In this document: positions 18,089 to 27,858 of the stretch, piece after piece
Layout of the letters: each line of letters begins with the position of its first letter
How positions within the stretch are numbered: the first letter of the stretch is position 1
Assembly (NCBI GenBank): GCA_050012755.1
Contig: JBEKGO010000022.1
Span: 1 to 64,000, forward strand
Source of the DNA: Candidatus Bathyarchaeia archaeon
Lineage (GTDB): Archaea > Thermoproteota > Bathyarchaeia > Bathyarchaeales > Bathycorpusculaceae
DNA: 64,000 bases
Direction: 5' to 3'
Program-made: the position numbers and the translations under genes
Notes under the pieces: model-generated
Seen by the model: only the letters and a program-made list of their open reading frames with translations
Database searches by the model: none
Told to the model about the DNA's origin: nothing

Positions 18089-20982
18089 GCAGTCTGCTTC
18101 ACTGTCAAAATAGTTTCTTCTTGCTGATGGTTAAGTATTTTCTTCAAAAACATTCCAGTGTAAGAAGCATCGTTTTGTGCGACTTCTTCAGGTGTTCCCT
18201 GAGCCAAGAGCTCGCCGCCAGCAGCTCCACCTTCGGGACCCAAATCGACCAGGTAGTCGCAGCTCTTAATCACATCTAAGTTGTGCTCGATGATATAGAC
18301 GGTATTGCCGTTGTCAACTAGCCGATTCAAAACTTTAATCAACCGTTTAGTGTCATCAAAATGCAGACCCGTAGTCGGCTCGTCAAGCATGTAAACTACA
18401 TGTCCCTTCTTGTTTTTGCTTAGTTCACGAGTGATTTTTATGCGTTGACTTTCTCCGCCTGACAAAGTCGTTGAGCTTTGCCCCAGCTTAATGTAACCTA
18501 ACCCAACTTCCAGCAATGTGCCAAGTTTTCGTGAGACTCTTGGAGTGTTCTCGAAGAATTTGGCTGCTTCCTCCACGGTCATATCCAACACTTCAGCTAT
18601 GTTTTTGCCCTTGAAAAGAATACCAAGTGTTTCTTTGTTGTATCGTTTACCTTTACACTCACTACATTGAACATAAACATCTGGAAGGAAGTTCATTTCA
18701 ATACGCAGAACACCGTCACCTTGACAGGTTTCGCATCTGCCTCCCTTCACGTTGAAACTGAATCGCCCTTCTTTGTATCCTCTTGCTTTTGCCTCTTTGG
18801 TTGAAGCGAAAATACGCCTAATCTCATCGAAAAGTTTAGTGTAGGTTGCTGGGTTACTTCTTGGAGTTCTCCCGATTGGGTCTTGATCGATAACTATAAC
18901 ATTCCTGACGATTTCAGGAACTTCAATTGATTCGTGTTTCCCGATTTTATCGGTTTGTTCACCAAACATTTGCTTCAACGCAGGAATAACTGTCAAATTC
19001 ATCAATGTGCTTTTGCCTGAGCCGGAAACGCCTGTAACTCCACATAGAACGCCCAGCGGCAGTTGCAAGTTTAGGTTTTTGAGGTTGTTTTCTTGTGCAC
19101 CTTTAACGGTGATGTAACCGACGGGTTTACGCCTTGTGTCGGGGACTTCAATTTTTAGTTCGCCTGAGAGATATTTGCCTGTGAGGCTTCGCTTATTGAG
19201 CATAATTTCTTCAGGTGGTCCTTCGGCAACTACATGCCCACCATGGACTCCTGCACCCGGTCCCATGTCTACAATGTAATCAGCTTTACGTATGGTTTCC
19301 TCATCGTGTTCCACGATAATCAGTGTATTGCCTAAATCGCGTAAACGGTGAAGCGTGCTTATCAACTTGGCATTATCTCTTTGATGTAAACCGATGCTGG
19401 GTTCATCAAGGATATACAGTACACCCATCAGGTTACTGCCAATTTGTGTGGCTAAACGAATTCTTTGGGCTTCACCGCCTGAGAGTGTTTTTGCTGCTCT
19501 AGAAAGCGAAAGGTAGCTTAAACCAACATTTTTGAGAAAACCAAGTCGTTCATTGATTTCTTTGAGCACCTGTTTGGCAATGGCTAATTCTTTCTCGTTA
19601 AGTTGCTCTGCCAGATTGCCAAAGAAGGTAACTGCTTCCTCGATTGAAAGGTCTGTGGCATCAATAATGCTCTTGTCCAAGATTTTTACAGCAAGCACTA
19701 CTGGCTGCAGTTTCTTGCCTTTGCATGAGTTGCAGGGCTTAGAAGTCATATAGTTCTCGATATCTTCTTTTCGCCATTGGCTCTCCGTTTGACGATAAAG
19801 CCTCATTGTTTGAGGAATTACGCCTTCCCAGCCGTCACGCATCCACATTGTTGCCCCATTTGACCATTGACCACTGACAGGCTCTCGGTCTCCGTACAAG
19901 AGCACATGCTGTTGCTCTTTTGTAAAATCTTTAATTGGAGTGAAAACGTCAAAGCCGTGTTTTTTGCCGACCATTGCAAGTTGTTGTGCACGCCAGCTAA
20001 GGTCCATACTTCCGTAAACGGCTAATGCGCCATCCATAATGGAGAGGTTTTTGTCTGGAATAACTTTGTCTTCTGAGATTTCTGTTATTTCGCCTAAGCC
20101 GTGACATGTTGGGCAAGCGCCAAAAGGCGAATTAAATGAGAACATGCGAGGCTCGAGGCTTTCAAACACTATTTCTGGATGGTTTGGGCATGCTCCAAAA
20201 GTGCTAAACATCGTTTCATCGGCGAACCGCTCAAGCTCCTTCTTTTCTTCGTAAGCTTTTTTGGCATCTATGACTATCATGGTACCTTTGCCAACTTTAA
20301 GTGCTTGCTCAACGGCTTCAGAAATGCGGGAACGCTCATCATCAATAATGCTCACGGTATCAATGACTGCTTCAATCCAATGTTTCTCATAACGCACAAG
20401 CTTGACTTCTTCTTTGATGCAGTCTGAATCATAAATTTTCTGGTCTGCCCGGATTTTAGTGTAACCTTGTTTTTTTAAGTCATCAAAAATTTGCTCATGA
20501 GTGCCTTTTATGCCCCTTATTATTGGCGCCAAGAAAGTGAGGGTTTTTCCTTTTTCAGCCATTATTAAGCTGGTGATGTTTTCGGGACTTTGGGGATGAA
20601 TTGAACTTCCACATTTTGGACAGTGATGTGTACCGATACGTGCAAAGAGCAATCTGAGGTAATCGTATATTTCTGTAACTGTGCCAACCGTTGAGCGGGG
20701 ATTTTTGCTAGTGCTTTTTTGTTCGATGCTAATTGCCGGAGATAACCCGTCAATTGAGTCAACATCTGGCTTATCCATTAAACCTAGAAATTGTCTTGCA
20801 TAAGCTGAGAGACTTTCAACATAACGCCGTTGCCCTTCAGCATAAATGGTGTCAAAGGCAAGGGTTGATTTCCCTGAGCCTGAAAGCCCAGTAATCACTA
20901 TAAACTTGTTTCTGGGCAACTCCACATCAATATTTTTGAGGTTATGCTCCCTTGCGCCCTTAATTGAAATATTATCTCTCAT
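18085..20982 (-). CDS. uvrA: Excinuclease ABC subunit A
   Basis: Two ABC ATPase modules ([17 protein letters not shown]; [17 protein letters not shown]) and Zn fingers. Confidence 0.98.
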   Translation of the reverse strand: MRDNISIKGAREHNLKNIDVELPRNKFIVITGLSGSGKSTLAFDTIYAEGQRRYVESLSAYARQFLGLMDKPDVDSIDGLSPAISIEQKSTSKNPRSTVGTVTEIYDYLRLLFARIGTHHCPKCGSSIHPQSPENITSLIMAEKGKTLTFLAPIIRGIKGTHEQIFDDLKKQGYTKIRADQKIYDSDCIKEEVKLVRYEKHWIEAVIDTVSIIDDERSRISEAVEQALKVGKGTMIVIDAKKAYEEKKELERFADETMFSTFGACPNHPEIVFESLEPRMFSFNSPFGACPTCHGLGEITEISEDKVIPDKNLSIMDGALAVYGSMDLSWRAQQLAMVGKKHGFDVFTPIKDFTKEQQHVLLYGDREPVSGQWSNGATMWMRDGWEGVIPQTMRLYRQTESQWRKEDIENYMTSKPCNSCKGKKLQPVVLAVKILDKSIIDATDLSIEEAVTFFGNLAEQLNEKELAIAKQVLKEINERLGFLKNVGLSYLSLSRAAKTLSGGEAQRIRLATQIGSNLMGVLYILDEPSIGLHQRDNAKLISTLHRLRDLGNTLIIVEHDEETIRKADYIVDMGPGAGVHGGHVVAEGPPEEIMLNKRSLTGKYLSGELKIEVPDTRRKPVGYITVKGAQENNLKNLNLQLPLGVLCGVTGVSGSGKSTLMNLTVIPALKQMFGEQTDKIGKHESIEVPEIVRNVIVIDQDPIGRTPRSNPATYTKLFDEIRRIFASTKEAKARGYKEGRFSFNVKGGRCETCQGDGVLRIEMNFLPDVYVQCSECKGKRYNKETLGILFKGKNIAEVLDMTVEEAAKFFENTPRVSRKLGTLLEVGLGYIKLGQSSTTLSGGESQRIKITRELSKNKKGHVVYMLDEPTTGLHFDDTKRLIKVLNRLVDNGNTVYIIEHNLDVIKSCDYLVDLGPEGGAAGGELLAQGTPEEVAQNDASYTGMFLKKILNHQQEETILTVKQTA

Positions 20983-21039
20983 AACCTAAACCAGTTTCCT
21001 TCTCCGCTCGTAAATTATCCTTTTTACGCTTGAGGCTTT

Positions 21040-23019
21040 TCAACCTTTTTGCTTCAAAACCCTCAATTGCTGGGTATAATCTTCGCTTTCTAACTTATTT
21101 GCCAAAGCCCTATTCAGCTCTGCAATTGTATCTCTGAGTTCAATTGCCCGCTCAAAGTTTAATCGCTCTGCCGCTTCCCTCATCTGCGCATCCAACTCAA
21201 TTAACTGCCGTTTGATGTCTGTTTTCGCAAGATGTTTTATCCCCTTTATAGTGCCCTCTTTCAAAGACACACCCTTAACGATCGTAGTCGGCGTGATATG
21301 ATGAATTTCGTTGAAACGTTTCTGGAATGAACGCCTGTAACTGGTAATTTTCATAGCTCGCTTAATAGACGATGTTTCCACATCAGCGTAAAGAATTACT
21401 CTGCCGTTGACGTTTCTCGCGGCTCGACCAATAGTTTGGATAAGACTTCGCTCGTCCCGTAGGAAACCTTCCTTGTCAGCGTCCAAAATGAAGATGGTGG
21501 CAACCTCAGGAATGTCTAAACCTTCACGCAAAAGGTTAATGCCGACTAATATATCAAATTCGCCCACTCGCAGTTGCCGTACAAGTTCAATTCGGTCTAA
21601 GCTTTCAATTTCTGAATGCATGTATCTGACCCGGAAGCCTTCCTTTACAAGATAATCTGTTAAATCTTCAGCCATACGTTTTGTCAAGGTTGTGATTAGC
21701 ACACGGTCGCCAGTCTCAATTGTTTTTTTGGCTTCAGTCATTAAATGTTGCATTTGTCCCGAGATTGGATGAACTTCAACCTCAGGATCCAAAAGACCCG
21801 TTGGCCGAGTAATTAATTCAACAGGCGGACCGCTTTTCTCCAGTTCATATTCGGCTGGAGTTGCTGAAACAAAGAGAACTTTGCCCATTTTTCGCTCAAA
21901 TTCCTCAAATTTCAAGGGTCTGTTGTCTAGGGCGCTTGGGAGCCTAAAGCCGAAGTCGACGAGGTTCTTTTTTCTGGAGAAGTCACCGTTGTACATGGCT
22001 CTTGATTGAGGAATAGTCTGGTGACTTTCATCAACAATTAAGAGGTAATCCTTTGGGAAATAATCAATCAAAGTGAAGGGTGGCTCCCCGGGTCTGCGTC
22101 CATCAAAGTGTCTGCTGTAATTTTCCATTCCAGCGCAGAAGCCGACTTCACGTATCATTTCTAAATCATAGTTTGTTCGTTGTTTGAGCCGTTGAGCTTC
22201 AAGTGGAGGAAGTTCAGGTAATCTGGATTCTAATTCTTGCTTAATAGCTTCAAGGGCGAGTGCATGCTTCTCTTCTGGAACCACGTACTGTCGTGCGGGA
22301 TAAAGCGTAACCTTATCAAGGGTTCCTTTAACATCGCCCGATATCAAATGCACTTCTTTGATTTTGCTAATTTCGTTTCCTGCAAGCTCAATTCTTATAA
22401 TATCATTCTCGTAGGATGGCACGATGTCCAGGACGTCGCCGCGCACACGGAATCTGCCGGGTTCAAGTACCATGTCGTTGCGCTCGTACTGCATGTCCAC
22501 TAGGGCATGGATGAGTTGTTGTCTTGTGTTTTGCTTTCCAACCTCCAACTGAATTGCCATGGTTCTGAAGTCGTCGGGGTTTCCAAGACTATAGATGCAG
22601 CTTATACTTGCAACAATTATGGTGTCGTTTCTGCTAACTACGCTCGATACAGCGTGCATCCGCATTTTTTCTATTTGCTCATTCACGGACGAATCCTTTT
22701 CGATGTACATGTCTTGCGCTGGCAAATACGATTCAGGCTGATAAAAATCATAAAAAGAAATGAAGTATTCAACTCGATTATGTGGGAAAAGCTCTTTTAA
22801 TTCCCCATAAAGCTGAGCAGCTAAAATCTTGTTGTGTGCAAGGACAAGGGTTGGTTTTTGGAGTTTGTTGATTAGGTTTGCCATGACAAAGGTTTTGCCG
22901 CTGCCAGTGATTCCAAGAAGGGTTTGTTTTTGATTTGTAGCGAAGTTTTTCACTAACTTTTCAACTGCTGCAACTTGCCCTGGCGAGGCTTGAAATGGAG
23001 CGATAAGTTCAAACTGCAT
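21040..23019 (-). CDS. uvrB: Excinuclease ABC subunit B
   Basis: GITGSGKT, YDFYQPESY beta-hairpin, DESH, GFRLPSALDNRPL, QTIGRAARN. Confidence 0.98.
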   Translation of the reverse strand: MQFELIAPFQASPGQVAAVEKLVKNFATNQKQTLLGITGSGKTFVMANLINKLQKPTLVLAHNKILAAQLYGELKELFPHNRVEYFISFYDFYQPESYLPAQDMYIEKDSSVNEQIEKMRMHAVSSVVSRNDTIIVASISCIYSLGNPDDFRTMAIQLEVGKQNTRQQLIHALVDMQYERNDMVLEPGRFRVRGDVLDIVPSYENDIIRIELAGNEISKIKEVHLISGDVKGTLDKVTLYPARQYVVPEEKHALALEAIKQELESRLPELPPLEAQRLKQRTNYDLEMIREVGFCAGMENYSRHFDGRRPGEPPFTLIDYFPKDYLLIVDESHQTIPQSRAMYNGDFSRKKNLVDFGFRLPSALDNRPLKFEEFERKMGKVLFVSATPAEYELEKSGPPVELITRPTGLLDPEVEVHPISGQMQHLMTEAKKTIETGDRVLITTLTKRMAEDLTDYLVKEGFRVRYMHSEIESLDRIELVRQLRVGEFDILVGINLLREGLDIPEVATIFILDADKEGFLRDERSLIQTIGRAARNVNGRVILYADVETSSIKRAMKITSYRRSFQKRFNEIHHITPTTIVKGVSLKEGTIKGIKHLAKTDIKRQLIELDAQMREAAERLNFERAIELRDTIAELNRALANKLESEDYTQQLRVLKQKG

Positions 23020-23096
23020 TGTACTTTGTCACAAACCAACAAGAAATGACTTCCAACTAGTAGAATTAATAAGTTTATTCTAGAAAGTCCAGAATT

Positions 23097-23408
23097 TCAG
23101 GCTTTATTGTTGTTTTGAGACGTTAACTTGTGGTTGTTGGCTCTTTTTCTTATTCGGTGAAACTGCCAGCGTTTTAAAACGAAAGCTGTCAATGCAGCTG
23201 CAAAGAGTGAATCATAGATTATCTGAATCGATAGGCTTTGAAAATTAGTGCCTCGCAGATTAGCATGGACCACTCCCATGAACAACGCCAGGTACATTAG
23301 CGTGTGGAATGGAGGCTAGTATGATGAAATTTTTCTACGCAGAAGTACCGTTCCAAATGCTAAATAAATGAGAAGTAAGGCTATGATGTTGCCAACAAAA
23401 AGAAGAAA
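23097..23408 (-). pseudogene. Fragment of a ferric-reductase-like transmembrane protein with an in-frame stop
   Basis: ...LAFGTVLLRRKISSY*PPFHTLMYLALFMGVVHA; TAG at 23318-23316 where Trp of the WxxxH...H heme helix is expected; N-terminus missing. Confidence 0.6.
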
Positions 23409-23493
23409 CTACGAACAAAAATCAAAAATACAAACAGGCAAAGCAACAATCGCTTACCAAGAAAATAAAGAAAAGCGCTCTTAACTAAGCGTT

Positions 23494-23802
23494 TTAGCCA
23501 ACGGCTAGTTTTCCAAATTTTCCAACGTTAAGTTGAAGTTCGCCTTTAAAGCTGGTTATGTATCCGTTGTCAATTTTAACATTGTCACCGACGTTGACTT
23601 GGTCAATTTGCTCATTCCATAAAGTCAGTTTTATGCTACCTGACTCATCGGCAACCACAGCATCAACTATTCTGTAAGTTTCATCTTTAAAACGTGATTT
23701 GACTTCTCGGGGGTCGCCTTTTTCAACAACTTTCGCTTCAACGCTAACCCGTTTCATTCCGTTCTGTAAATCTTTAATTGGTGTCACACTCACACTTATC
23801 AC
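23494..23802 (-). CDS. ssb: Single OB-fold single-stranded DNA-binding protein (crenarchaeal SSB type)
   Basis: IKDL, VADESGSIKLTLWN, FKGELQLNVGKFG. Confidence 0.88.
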   Translation of the reverse strand: MISVSVTPIKDLQNGMKRVSVEAKVVEKGDPREVKSRFKDETYRIVDAVVADESGSIKLTLWNEQIDQVNVGDNVKIDNGYITSFKGELQLNVGKFGKLAVG

Positions 23803-23855
23803 CTAAATTTGATTTTTCCCTCTCAGGGTTTTCACTTGCAAAAGTGCCCTTCAAT

Positions 23856-23871
23856 CATATAAATCTTGCTA
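23856..23871 (-). promoter_or_regulatory. Probable BRE/TATA promoter of ssb
   Basis: Minus strand TTAGCAAGATTTATATG about 55-70 bp upstream of the ssb start; it abuts the transposon target site. Confidence 0.5.
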
Positions 23872-24035
23872 ACTTCGGTTCTGTCAACTCTTCGGTTATT
23901 TGTTTTCCATGTAAACTTTCGGTTACGTTCTGTTACCCTCTCCGACTGTTCCATCTTCATGTTTCTTTTCGTCTGCTAATTCATGAAAGTAATAAATACT
24001 GAAACTAAACCATATTTCATAATTTGGAAATATCA

Positions 24036-24410
24036 ATGCCGAAATGTGAATTATGCGGAAAAGAAATACACTATCCCGAATTTCCATTCCGATGCCCTTA
24101 CTGCCAAAAAACATTCTGCGCCGAACATCGAATACCTGAAAGTCACGCATGTACAAATACACCTTTTTTAGCGCCTACTCTAACTTCGACAAAAACATGG
24201 GAACCATTTATGTGCCCAAATTGCGAAGCTCAAGAGAAAGATTGCGACATCACATATTATGATGCGGAAATAGTTACTTTCAAGTGCCGAGAATGTGGTA
24301 ATAAATGGACTCAAAAAAAGGGCAATTATGAACATGTTGAATTAAGAGAGCATTTAGATAAGAAAGAAAATGAAACTGAAAAACCGAAAAAGAGATTTCA
24401 TTTCTTTTGA
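24036..24410 (+). CDS. AN1-type zinc finger plus Zn-ribbon protein (transposon cargo)
   Basis: CELC...FRCPYCQKTFCAEHRIPESHAC AN1 pattern; second CPNC...CREC ribbon. Confidence 0.8.
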   Translation: MPKCELCGKEIHYPEFPFRCPYCQKTFCAEHRIPESHACTNTPFLAPTLTSTKTWEPFMCPNCEAQEKDCDITYYDAEIVTFKCRECGNKWTQKKGNYEHVELREHLDKKENETEKPKKRFHFF

Positions 24411-25534
24411 GTTGTTTTGGAGGAGCACGCGTTTTGAATGAGCGTTAGCCATTTGTTTTTTCCTTCTATTGCTATTCCACATGCTTCGCTCGGAGTTTTT
24501 CCGTCTAATGCTTCATGCGGTCTAATGAAGTTATGATAAAGTTGGCAACCTTGAAGAATTGCTGTATCAGTTGTCTTTAGTCCTCGCATAGTCTTTTCTC
24601 TATCTCGGATTTCTCCGTTCATGCGTTCCATTTTGTTATTATTGTGATTGCCTTTTAAAGTGATATGCCTAATGTGTTTGGTTCTAGGTCCTTTCATTGT
24701 CCACCACTCTTTGCCATATGCAACATGGTAAGAGTGTAGTCCATCAGTTATGAAAGTCATGGGTTTTTTTCCCATTAGTTCTTGAGACATACGTAATAGA
24801 TTTCTTGCGTCATGTTTGTCTTTGGTGTCAGCTACTTCTTGGGCTATCCAGAAACGTGTTTGGTCATCCATCATTGAAAAGAGATATTTCATGTTGCCTT
24901 TTACCTTTAGATAAATTTCGTCTGCTCTCCAAGTATCGCCAACATTAGGAACCAGTTTATCAGCGTAATTCTTCATTAAAGCAACATATTTTTTAATCCA
25001 ATTAAAAACCGTTTGATGCGAAACTTCCACTCCTAAAAGTTTGAGTGACTCCATTGTATTTCTTAAGCTCTCTCCAGAGAAATAAAGTTGCATAGCAGAG
25101 GTTATCGCTTGAGGATTATGCTTCATCCGTTCAAAACCAAGATTCACACTAAAGGTTTTACCGCAATCTTCACATAAGAACCGTTGAATATTTCCACTCT
25201 TGTTTTTTCTAACACTAAATTTTTTGATGTTTGCTGAGTGGCAAAAAGTGCAAGATGAAACATTAACCTCTTGAATGACAACATTCTTTCTGACCTCTGC
25301 CTTCAGTTTTTGGCTAAAGTCTACTGCAAAAATATGTTTACACTTGACATGGCGATACATAGCATCTGGGCAATCACACATCAATTCACCGTTGACTCTA
25401 TTAACGGTATATTCGCCATTGTTGGATTGTGATTTGACAATATAGAGGCAATCATCGATTTGTTTTACTTGACCGTTTAATTGTGCGATTGTTTGACCTC
25501 GTTCTTGTCTTGTGGTTGTTAGTTGGTTTGTCAT
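24398..25534 (-). CDS. IS6-family-like DDE transposase with N-terminal SWIM and Zn-ribbon domains
   Basis: SWIM CDCPD...CKH; CTFC...CEDC ribbon; HTH (GESLRNT...VSHQTVFNWIKKY); catalytic WRADE, ITDGL, NNKMERMN; HNFIRPHEAL. Confidence 0.92.
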   Translation of the reverse strand: MTNQLTTTRQERGQTIAQLNGQVKQIDDCLYIVKSQSNNGEYTVNRVNGELMCDCPDAMYRHVKCKHIFAVDFSQKLKAEVRKNVVIQEVNVSSCTFCHSANIKKFSVRKNKSGNIQRFLCEDCGKTFSVNLGFERMKHNPQAITSAMQLYFSGESLRNTMESLKLLGVEVSHQTVFNWIKKYVALMKNYADKLVPNVGDTWRADEIYLKVKGNMKYLFSMMDDQTRFWIAQEVADTKDKHDARNLLRMSQELMGKKPMTFITDGLHSYHVAYGKEWWTMKGPRTKHIRHITLKGNHNNNKMERMNGEIRDREKTMRGLKTTDTAILQGCQLYHNFIRPHEALDGKTPSEACGIAIEGKNKWLTLIQNACSSKTTQKK

Positions 25535-25633
25535 TTTAGGCACCTAAAACATAATTAGGTACCTAATAATATAAGCATTTCGGTACCTAAAATTATATAA
25601 AGGTCTAATATCTATTAGCCTAATAGGTGCCTA
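25534..25633. promoter_or_regulatory. Divergent tnp/abrB promoter region with four TAGGTACCTA-like palindromic operators
   Basis: TTTTAGGCACCTAAAA 25534-25549; ATTAGGTACCTAAT 25554-25567 (perfect palindrome); CGGTACCTAA 25581-25590; TAGGTGCCTA 25624-25633; TATA-like TTATATAAA about 25593. Confidence 0.7.
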
Positions 25634-25636
25634 AAA

Positions 25637-25801
25637 ATGAGGTTACAGAAGCAACTATCAAGAAAAGTGGATAAAATCGAATACCCAAAATATGTTGTGA
25701 CAATTCCACCGAAACAAATTCAAGAAGCAGGGTGGAAAGAGGGAATAGAACTTATAGCCGTTGTAGAAGACGGAAAAATTATTTTAAGACCTAAACAATG
25801 A
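25637..25801 (+). CDS. AbrB/MazE/SpoVT-family DNA-binding protein (54 aa, not in ORF track)
   Basis: MRLQKQLSRKVDKIEYPKYVVTIPPKQIQEAGWKEGIELIAVVEDGKIILRPKQ; VTIP...GW..G..L...IILRP swapped-hairpin signature; GGTG SD. Confidence 0.85.
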   Translation: MRLQKQLSRKVDKIEYPKYVVTIPPKQIQEAGWKEGIELIAVVEDGKIILRPKQ

Positions 25802-26563
25802 ATGTAGATGTTCATAAACTGCCTTAACTTCTTTATCAACGTCAGCCATTATTGTGCTTAAAGGAACCCCTATTATTTCTTTGGTTTGTCCTCCATCTGG
25901 AATACACCATATTTGAGGCAAGCCCTTTCCTACACCAACATTTTTTGTAATTTCATCTGTCTCTACGTATTTAATTGCGAATGCACCAATTTTTGCGGAT
26001 TGCACCATATTCATCGATTTATTCCAACATTTTCGGAAAATCTCAACGATGGGATTATACCCTATGAATACTGCTTCAGGCACTTCGACAGGTAAACAGT
26101 TAGTCGATTCTAAGTAGTACAGTTTGGCTAGATCATCTCTAGCGTTAACAGCAATTAAAATTTGAAGAGCACATTCATCATCGTTTTCAAACGCAACTGA
26201 ATATCGTTTTTTCATATCTGTAAGTAATTCTACACAATCTTGCTTAAAGTCAACAACAGAATATTCAAAATAAGGTGGGTTGGGGGCATCAGGATTATTT
26301 CCGAATGTATCTTCTCTATCTTTTTTTAATTTAGCGTTTTGATAAGTAATCCAAGATAAACGGCGATTTACATTTTGAGGAAGAATTGTTAGAAATTCTT
26401 CAAAGAGATTTTCCAAACCTGCTGCTCCAAAAATTGCCCATGGGATATTTTCACATTTCCTAACTTTCTCGGCATTATGTCCAACAAATTCGCCAGATCT
26501 AACTAATCTATCGCTAACAAGTACTACGCCGTCAGTGCATCGTGCACCGAAAATTAAGGTCAT
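25784..26563 (-). CDS. Proteasome-beta-like Ntn hydrolase (transposon cargo)
   Basis: MTLIFGARCTDGVVLVSDRLV...AEKV; Thr at position 2, Asp17- and Lys33-equivalent residues, GAAG, C-terminal NVGVG; GAGG SD before ATG 26563. Confidence 0.75.
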   Translation of the reverse strand: MTLIFGARCTDGVVLVSDRLVRSGEFVGHNAEKVRKCENIPWAIFGAAGLENLFEEFLTILPQNVNRRLSWITYQNAKLKKDREDTFGNNPDAPNPPYFEYSVVDFKQDCVELLTDMKKRYSVAFENDDECALQILIAVNARDDLAKLYYLESTNCLPVEVPEAVFIGYNPIVEIFRKCWNKSMNMVQSAKIGAFAIKYVETDEITKNVGVGKGLPQIWCIPDGGQTKEIIGVPLSTIMADVDKEVKAVYEHLHSLFRS

Positions 26564-26825
26564 GTGTTTATTTCCTCGCAGTCTTTTCCATTGCTCTTTT
26601 AGGTACCGATTACGTTGATTCTTGTATAAAGCATTTTGCTCTAGCAAGTTTAACCGACTCTTTACAGCCAAAAATTAAGCCTCCTTTTTACCGAAGACTT
26701 GACAGAACCCTAACTTCGGCACAGTTACCTCTACGGTTGCTGTTTTTCCCAAAATCTTTTGGAAACTTTCGGTTGCTGGAGGAATTCCAGTTGGGCAAAT
26801 AATAAATCTGAAGTGACACATGTTA

Positions 26826-27698
26826 ATGAACATGGATACTCGCAAGATTGCACAAGCAATATTGGATGCAATCGGTCACATCGGTTCAATCTTATGGCTT
26901 TTGATATTGCTAGGTGTGATCCCCGAACCAATGTTCCGAGGAGTTAACGTCATGCAAGAATACTCCCTAGTCTTCATTTTTCTGGCTCTGTTGATATTCT
27001 TTCTCTCTGCCCTTTGGTTGGGTTGGCAGATTCACACACGATATGTAAGGATTCCAGCATTCTCTCGAAAGGCAATTCCAAATGTGGATGAAAGATTTCA
27101 TAATCTGAAATTTCATTTTTCTCGGAAAACGGACACAGCAAAGGGTTCTCATGAACCGCCTAATTTCGTGGTGTATCAGGAAATTTACAAAGACACAAAA
27201 GAAGCCTATCCGATTCCTAATTATCTAGAACCTTATTTGAAAGCCTTTGAGACTAATTGGCAATCATACGATGGTATTAACAAAATAATGGAATATTTTG
27301 AAATTAACAAAATTCATCTGAACATCAAAGATCCTAGTTATGAAGATTTGGGTCTAGTGTTAGGTTGGGATGGATTACTCCATCTACCTGATTTGGACTG
27401 GGATATATTATTGAAGAAAATTGGCGGAAAAAAAATCAAAGGCGCAGTTATCTTCAATTTTCACTCGGTACGCTATATTTTTAGTTCCAAACCGTTTCTC
27501 ACACCTAACCGACTTCTAATTATAGAAAGAGAAGCATTTTGGGCTCCTCATCACGATATAGACTTGCTTTTTAGTCACAAAATAGAGCATAGAGATTGGA
27601 CTAAAATCAATTATAAGCTCTGGTGTTTGATTCATCATTACCATTATCATCCAGAGTACTATGATGAGGAAAAATTGCTTGAACTCTTAAAAGATTAG
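26826..27698 (+). CDS. Hypothetical protein with two N-terminal TM helices (cargo of element 2)
   Basis: About 290-aa AT-rich ORF; two hydrophobic helices then a soluble domain with no recognisable motif. Confidence 0.65.
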   Translation: MNMDTRKIAQAILDAIGHIGSILWLLILLGVIPEPMFRGVNVMQEYSLVFIFLALLIFFLSALWLGWQIHTRYVRIPAFSRKAIPNVDERFHNLKFHFSRKTDTAKGSHEPPNFVVYQEIYKDTKEAYPIPNYLEPYLKAFETNWQSYDGINKIMEYFEINKIHLNIKDPSYEDLGLVLGWDGLLHLPDLDWDILLKKIGGKKIKGAVIFNFHSVRYIFSSKPFLTPNRLLIIEREAFWAPHHDIDLLFSHKIEHRDWTKINYKLWCLIHHYHYHPEYYDEEKLLELLKD

Positions 27699-27858
27699 TA
27701 AACTGATTGCTGTCTTTTGTTTGCACTTGCGTTTTGTATTAGGGTTTTCCACTTGTTTTGTCCTTCAATGGCTATCCCACATGCTTCACTTGGAGTTTTC
27801 CGTCTAAGGCTTCATACGGTCTAATGTAATTTTGGAACAATTTGTAACCTTGAAGAAC
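27695..27858 (-). pseudogene. Frameshifted 3' remnant of the IS6-like transposase
   Basis: VLQGYKLFQNYIRPYEALDGK/TPSEACGIAIEGQNKWKTLIQNAS vs intact ILQGCQLYHNFIRPHEALDGKTPSEACGIAIEGKNKWLTLIQNAC; one base missing from a T-run. Confidence 0.9.

Larger units (their letters stand above)
23877..26709. mobile_element. Intact 2.8-kb cargo-carrying IS6-like transposon (element 1)
   Basis: 20-bp TIRs GGTTCTGTCAACTCTTCGGT (23877-23896) and ACCGAAGACTTGACAGAACC (26690-26709), 19/20 match; 8-bp direct repeat CTAACTTC at 23869-23876 and 26710-26717; DDE transposase inside. Confidence 0.92.

Noticed and set aside
23316-23318. Pyrrolysine read-through of the in-frame TAG in the ferric-reductase-like fragment
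   Set aside because: The TAG is one substitution from the expected TGG (Trp), the gene also lacks its N-terminus, and no pyl genes are visible. Pseudogene is simpler.
25637-26563. AbrB antitoxin plus toxin pair
   Set aside because: The neighbour is convergent and Ntn-hydrolase-like, not a co-transcribed PIN or MazF toxin.
26564-26671. N-terminal extension (propeptide) of the Ntn hydrolase given by the ORF track
   Set aside because: A GAGG SD precedes ATG 26563, and the extension runs into the transposon end region. Probably not translated.
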